A DNA stretch of 64,000 nucleotides from Podarcis pityusensis. Taxonomy: Eukaryota. How positions within the stretch are numbered: position 1 is the first letter of the stretch; every line of letters begins with the position of its first letter. Below are positions 59,701 to 64,000 of the stretch, piece after piece. A model generated the notes under the pieces. That model was given only the letters and a program-made list of their open reading frames with translations. It searched no databases and was not told where the DNA came from. The DNA is taken from the NCBI GenBank assembly GCA_964106645.2, contig OZ067042.1; one strand, given 5' to 3'. Made by a program: the position numbers and the translations under genes.

Positions 59701-61586
59701 TGCTGACTTTAGGAACCTAGTGTGAACATACCTGGCTCAGCATTCAAGCGGCAGCTATTTAAGAACTCGGCTGTGAAATAAATATCAACATCGCAGAAGA
59801 ACATCAAGACCTCGCCTTTTTCCCAGGCTCTGGCACCCACATCTAGTCCCCGACCACGATTGAATTCCTCATTCAAAGAAACCAGGGTGTAATTATGAAA
59901 GTTAGCCTCCCTAAGAAAAAAAGAGAGGGGTGGGGATATAGGAAAAGAGTGATGTTAAAATGTTTAGTTCATGACATGTCAGCTTCAGCTTGGCAAACTG
60001 TGTTTCATATACAGCCTGGGCTCAATCTCTTTTATGGAACAGGTTTTGCACTTATGGATGATGCCAATTGGGATATGTTTCTGTTGGATTCTGTCAGAAG
60101 CAAGGGCAACTAGGTGACAAATTAGAGTGTTATCTGTAGTGACACTTGAACTCTAGAACTCTTGATGCTTTCTTTGCAAGTCAATACATTTTTATCTTTA
60201 GTTTCTATATTCTGCTCCAGGTAAAAAGAGTTTCTCCCAGATATGAAACAGAAATATATAGGATCAAGATGGTAGCAAGATTTCACTTCTACCACTAAAT
60301 TAAATAGTTTCAAGAAAAACTTGAAACACCTTGCCTGCAATAAGTTTGCTGTAAATTACTGCTCCCTCACCAAAAAAACCCAGTTTACCAATGTAGATGT
60401 ATTTTGAACACAGAACCATAATCACATATGGAAGTCTCTGAGTGCTTATCAGCATCCTCTATTTTGTCATTTAAAATCTCCTAATGGCATAGGATATTTT
60501 TATGCTTTAGAAAAAATTGCCACATCAGCAAATCTTAGAGCTACCACAGATTTTTGTTCAAAAAAGCTATCTAATAGTTACATGAATTCAGCGAATATAG
60601 AGAACAAAGATGTCCCCGATACAGTCATTATGAACTGTTTCCCCCAGAAATGCCAACCTGGCCTCAACACTACCAGCAGTGACATCTTTTTAGAAACTGC
60701 TTAGAGACTGCTCTGGTATTAAGGAGCATACAGCTATATGAAATAAAGAAACAGCTGTTTTGGGAAGCTTTTGGTAATGGCTGATTTTATTATTTCTGCT
60801 GCTGCCGAGTTTGGGGTTTTTTTCCCCTCTTCTTGCTGCTTTTTTAAACAAAGGCTGTTTATTCTTATGTGAGGTTTTTGCATTGATTTGTGTTTGTTGT
60901 GGTTTGTTGCAATGTGTTTTCTTGTAAAGGAACAGTAGAATATTGATTTTGCTAAAAAATAAATTCAGAAAAATTAAAACTTTGAAACTCACTCACTGAA
61001 ATGCAAAGTGATAACATTGCATGGGCTTCTCTGAAGGTTTTCTACTCACCCCAGCCAGTCATCAAAACCCTGTGCCTTATCTGGGGGAAGCATTATACCA
61101 GCACCTCATTAAGACAAATTTAAACAGCTAATTGCTGCTTTGTTTTTTACCTAATCAAAAGTTTGAACTTTTTCAACTCACCTAGCAACTGATTCTAAGA
61201 TGCTCTTGACGTCAGAAAGCCCCTCATGTCCAAAATATACAACTGTGAGGTGAATCCGCTTGTCCTGGTTAATGCACACTTCCCTGGAGAAGCAAAACAA
61301 GTATTTGGTATTGCAATAGCTTAACAAGGGGTTTTGTAATTTAAAATAGCAAATATCGCATACTGGATTTGTTCTATTTACAAATACATTTACCTATTGC
61401 ATCCTAGAAACCAATCTGACCAAATTAATCACTAAGTAATCACTAATCACATTCAGAAGAGATCTTAAGGCAGCCCTGTTCAGGGAAGTTTTTAATCTGT
61501 GATATTTTAGTGTATTTTTGGTTTCTATGGAAGCCGCCCAGAGTGGCTGGGGAAACCCAGCCAGATGGGCGGGGTACAAATAATAA

Positions 61587-61624
<38 letters not shown>

Positions 61625-62222
61625 GTCACTGCACTGTCGGGAATATACCAGGCTTATAGGTGTGATGTCCATTATAAATGAATGACAAACGGGTGCAGTT
61701 CACTCATCCTTTGTGCCTTCTTCCCATTAGTGCTTCTTGAGATGTGCCTCGTGTTTAATCCATAGCACATCAGGTACCAAATGCTCCAGCAATCTATGGT
61801 CCCATTTTGCACACTAGCCTATATTTCAGAGGCAAAAAAGCATCTCAGATTTTAAACTGAGAAGATGCTTCTCCAAATTGGAACTACCAGTGTTCTACAA
61901 TACCACTAAGTGTTATAGCTGATTGGAAGATTCACTGTATTTGCCTTCTACTGTAGAAAATGACTACATAGGATTGGTATAGGGCCCAGTTTCTGAGGCA
62001 CTTACCTGAAGTTTTGCATGAACTGTGCAAAAACCTCCGTCCTTCCAGCAAGGGGAACAATAATGTTTATTATTGACCTGGAGATGTCAACAGTTTCACT
62101 CTTCACTTTCATAAGGGGCCCAAATGGACGAAACAGTGTGACATGCCTGTACTCCATATCATCTGCCTTCTTGTAGAACAGTTCATATTGTGTCCCTTTG
62201 TCTCTCTCAGTACGGTAATAAC
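53473..62222 (-). CDS. CSGALNACT2: Chondroitin sulfate N-acetylgalactosaminyltransferase 2, 3' part (5' end outside window): complement(join(53473..53765,56073..56154,58471..58565,59732..59910,61182..61283,62006..62222))
   Basis: Six GT-AG exons join in frame: [15 protein letters not shown]..., FFCDVD (DXD motif), [22 protein letters not shown], ending ...[12 protein letters not shown]. This C-terminus matches recalled CSGALNACT2 rather than CSGALNACT1. Confidence 0.95.
54515..54789 (+). mobile_element. 5'-truncated retroposed insert (probably an L1-type 3' UTR) in the last CSGALNACT2 intron, antisense to the gene
   Basis: Perfect 17-bp TSD ccagattcattaaggga (54498-54514 / 54790-54806); G-rich tract, AATAAA and A-rich tail. 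Confidence 0.8.
56073..56154 (-). CDS. CSGALNACT2: CSGALNACT2 penultimate coding exon
   Basis: attgtag|; [27 protein letters not shown](G); G|gtaaga. Confidence 0.94.
57363..57890 (+). mobile_element. L2-like LINE 3' fragment with open ORF2 C-terminus
   Basis: [38 protein letters not shown]...[15 protein letters not shown]...FRKACKT; 3' UTR ending aataaa plus (GAT)n-like tail. Confidence 0.85.
58471..58565 (-). CDS. CSGALNACT2: CSGALNACT2 internal coding exon
   Basis: ctctgtag|; (G)[31 protein letters not shown]; TTG|gtaagt. Confidence 0.94.
59192..59378 (-). mobile_element. Squam3-like tRNA SINE
   Basis: - strand cataggccacctggtagagcattcagcgctgcatgcagaagacccc...gagctagatggaccaatg...tctatgttcc. 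Confidence 0.6.
59732..59910 (-). CDS. CSGALNACT2: CSGALNACT2 internal coding exon with DXD motif
   Basis: ttttcttag|; (R)[59 protein letters not shown](G); G|gtatgt. Confidence 0.94.
61182..61283 (-). CDS. CSGALNACT2: CSGALNACT2 internal coding exon
   Basis: ttctccag|; (R)[33 protein letters not shown](R); AG|gtgagt. Confidence 0.93.
61459..61623 (+). mobile_element. LINE 3' end with long (TAT)n tail
   Basis: End of an ORF2-like frame ([10 protein letters not shown]), then the conserved family tail and about 12 TAT units. Confidence 0.75.
62006..62222 (-). CDS. CSGALNACT2: CSGALNACT2 internal coding exon
   Basis: Acceptor ttcctaag|; (G)[71 protein letters not shown](R); AG|gtaagt. Confidence 0.93.
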
Positions 62223-62669
62223 CTTAGGAACAATTTACAGGAGGAACTGATTCAGTCACAGACTTTAAACTCGGTGACAAATTCCACTGCTTCAGGAATT
62301 ACTATACATTGTGAGGAGAGTGTCAATATTCAGGATGGTGCTCAGCCAGGTACATTATTATGTAGAAAAACAAACTCAGCTGTCAAGATTGAAAATGTGA
62401 AAGGAACTCCAGAGCACAATCTTCTCATATATAAAACCCAGATTCAACCCCTCGTAATTCCACTTAAAGTATTTCAAGTACCAAGATGAGGAAAAGACCT
62501 TAGCCAAATGCTAGACAAGCTGCTGCGAGTCACAGCAGATGGAACAATGATCTGATTTTACAATGCAGTTCCTTAACCATTTCTGCAACAAAAGCACCAA
62601 CCCAAGTGTGTCTCCTATTCTCAAAATGCTAGCCAAGTTGTAAATTGCACTCTTGCAGGGAGAGGGGGC

Positions 62670-62695
62670 AGAGAGAGAGAGAGAGAGAGAGAGAC
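62670..62695. repeat. (GA)n microsatellite
   Basis: Visible directly in the sequence. Confidence 0.9.
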
Positions 62696-63789
62696 TGCAG
62701 TAACCAATATTCAAAATGAAAATCAGACTCCAGCCTTCATTATCTATTGTAGAATTTTATTGACAGATTAAGATGCTTAGTAGGTCAAGTCCTACACTAA
62801 GCAGCAGATGACTTGGCTTGACAGTGTTAAGCTGCGACTGATCCTTCTTCAAGAAGATCAATACTTTAAAATCAGCTGGCTGACTTTCATAGAACAAATT
62901 TGTACTCATTTAAGTCTAACCTGCTTCTTGGCAACATCAGGCTCTCAAGAAAGCTTTCATTATAATTACTACCAAATACAGTTTTTATAAAAGTATCCAT
63001 TGGTAATCTTTGATTTAGCAATTGAAACGACCATTCCCAATTTCTCTTTGAAAAAGAAAAAAGATGCTACTTCTTTAGGCTTATCAAAGGCTAAGTGTAC
63101 ATAATTCAACCAGGGTTTTTGGGGGAGAGGGAGAAGCAGAAGGTGCAAAGGAACAAGTACTAGAAAGCATTATCATTTTTTTCCTCGAAATAGTTCCCGT
63201 ATCCTTAATGTAATCTGCGAGCATTTAGAAGTCCTGCACTAAAGGATGACAAATTTGGCAAACACTGACAATAAACTTGTATTGTCTCCAAAGAGCAAAT
63301 ATGCATTACAGAAACCAAATAGCAAACTATTTCCATAGCTGGACTCAAAAAATGCCCATTGCAGGAGGTAAATAATTTTCTCTCCATCAGTTTCCTTGAT
63401 AGAAAATGAACTGTGGTAGATCTAATTAAAACAAACACTATTGTCATTTGCAGAATTTTTTATAAATGCTGCTCAAAGTGAAAATTTTGAGTTAAATATT
63501 TGCTTAACTGGAAAGGATCAAAAGGGTAAGTTTAAGGGAACAGTTTTTCATAGAGCTGTGCAAAAACAGCCTCTCTAAAATCTATATCGTATTTATCAGC
63601 GGTGAAGCTAGGGTGCCAGTTTTGCCAAATATTTTCCAGAGAACTACTGGAAGAAAAAAGGTTTTGTTTTATTTTATTTATTTATTGTATACCACCCTAC
63701 ATCCACAGAGTTCAGCGCAGTTCACAAATTAAAAATACAAGATAAAAACACAAAATACACAATAAAAGCAAGAAAGGGGAAAAAAACCT

Positions 63790-63900
63790 AATAAGAATAA
63801 TGCTAGGTCAGGTCAATGGCCCATTCAGTCCAGCATCCTGTTCTCACAGTGACCAACCAAATGCCTGTGGGAAACACGCAAGCAGTCAATATGCACACAT
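63790..63900 (-). mobile_element. LINE/SINE 3' end related to 700-870
   Basis: tcaggtcaatggcccattcagtccagcatcctgttctcacagtgaccaaccaaatgcc. Confidence 0.5.
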
Positions 63901-64000
63901 TCTCCAAGGCCTGTTGAAGATTATGCATATTGACCAGGAAATGTGCACTATTCCTTCTTCATGGAAGCATTATATGCACATTCCCCATGAAGCCAAGTGA

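Overview
Eukaryotic (vertebrate) genomic DNA, almost certainly a squamate reptile and probably a lacertid lizard, judging by the Sauria SINEs and other repeats. It holds two convergent, intron-containing genes. RASGEF1A is on the + strand with its complete CDS in 12 coding exons (5085-40802, 475 aa); its 5' non-coding exon and promoter were not identified, and its candidate 3' UTR runs to about 45.15 kb. CSGALNACT2 is on the - strand, represented by its last six coding exons (62222 down to 53473); its 5' part lies beyond the window. Introns are filled with Sauria SINEs, tRNA-Lys/tRNA-Ile-headed CR1-tailed SINEs, Squam3-like SINEs, 5'-truncated L1/L2/CR1 LINE ends and hAT/Tc1-mariner MITEs, several with intact target-site duplications. 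The most notable observations are a GC-AG intron in RASGEF1A and a candidate bidirectional germline/ciliary-type promoter between the two 3' ends (CCAAT cluster, MYB site and X-box flanked by divergent strong splice donors). That promoter may drive an unannotated spliced transcript or 40-aa peptide, but this is speculative. No prokaryotic systems or CRISPR arrays are present, and most entries in the supplied ORF track are spurious. Gene and repeat-family names come from recalled sequences, not database searches.
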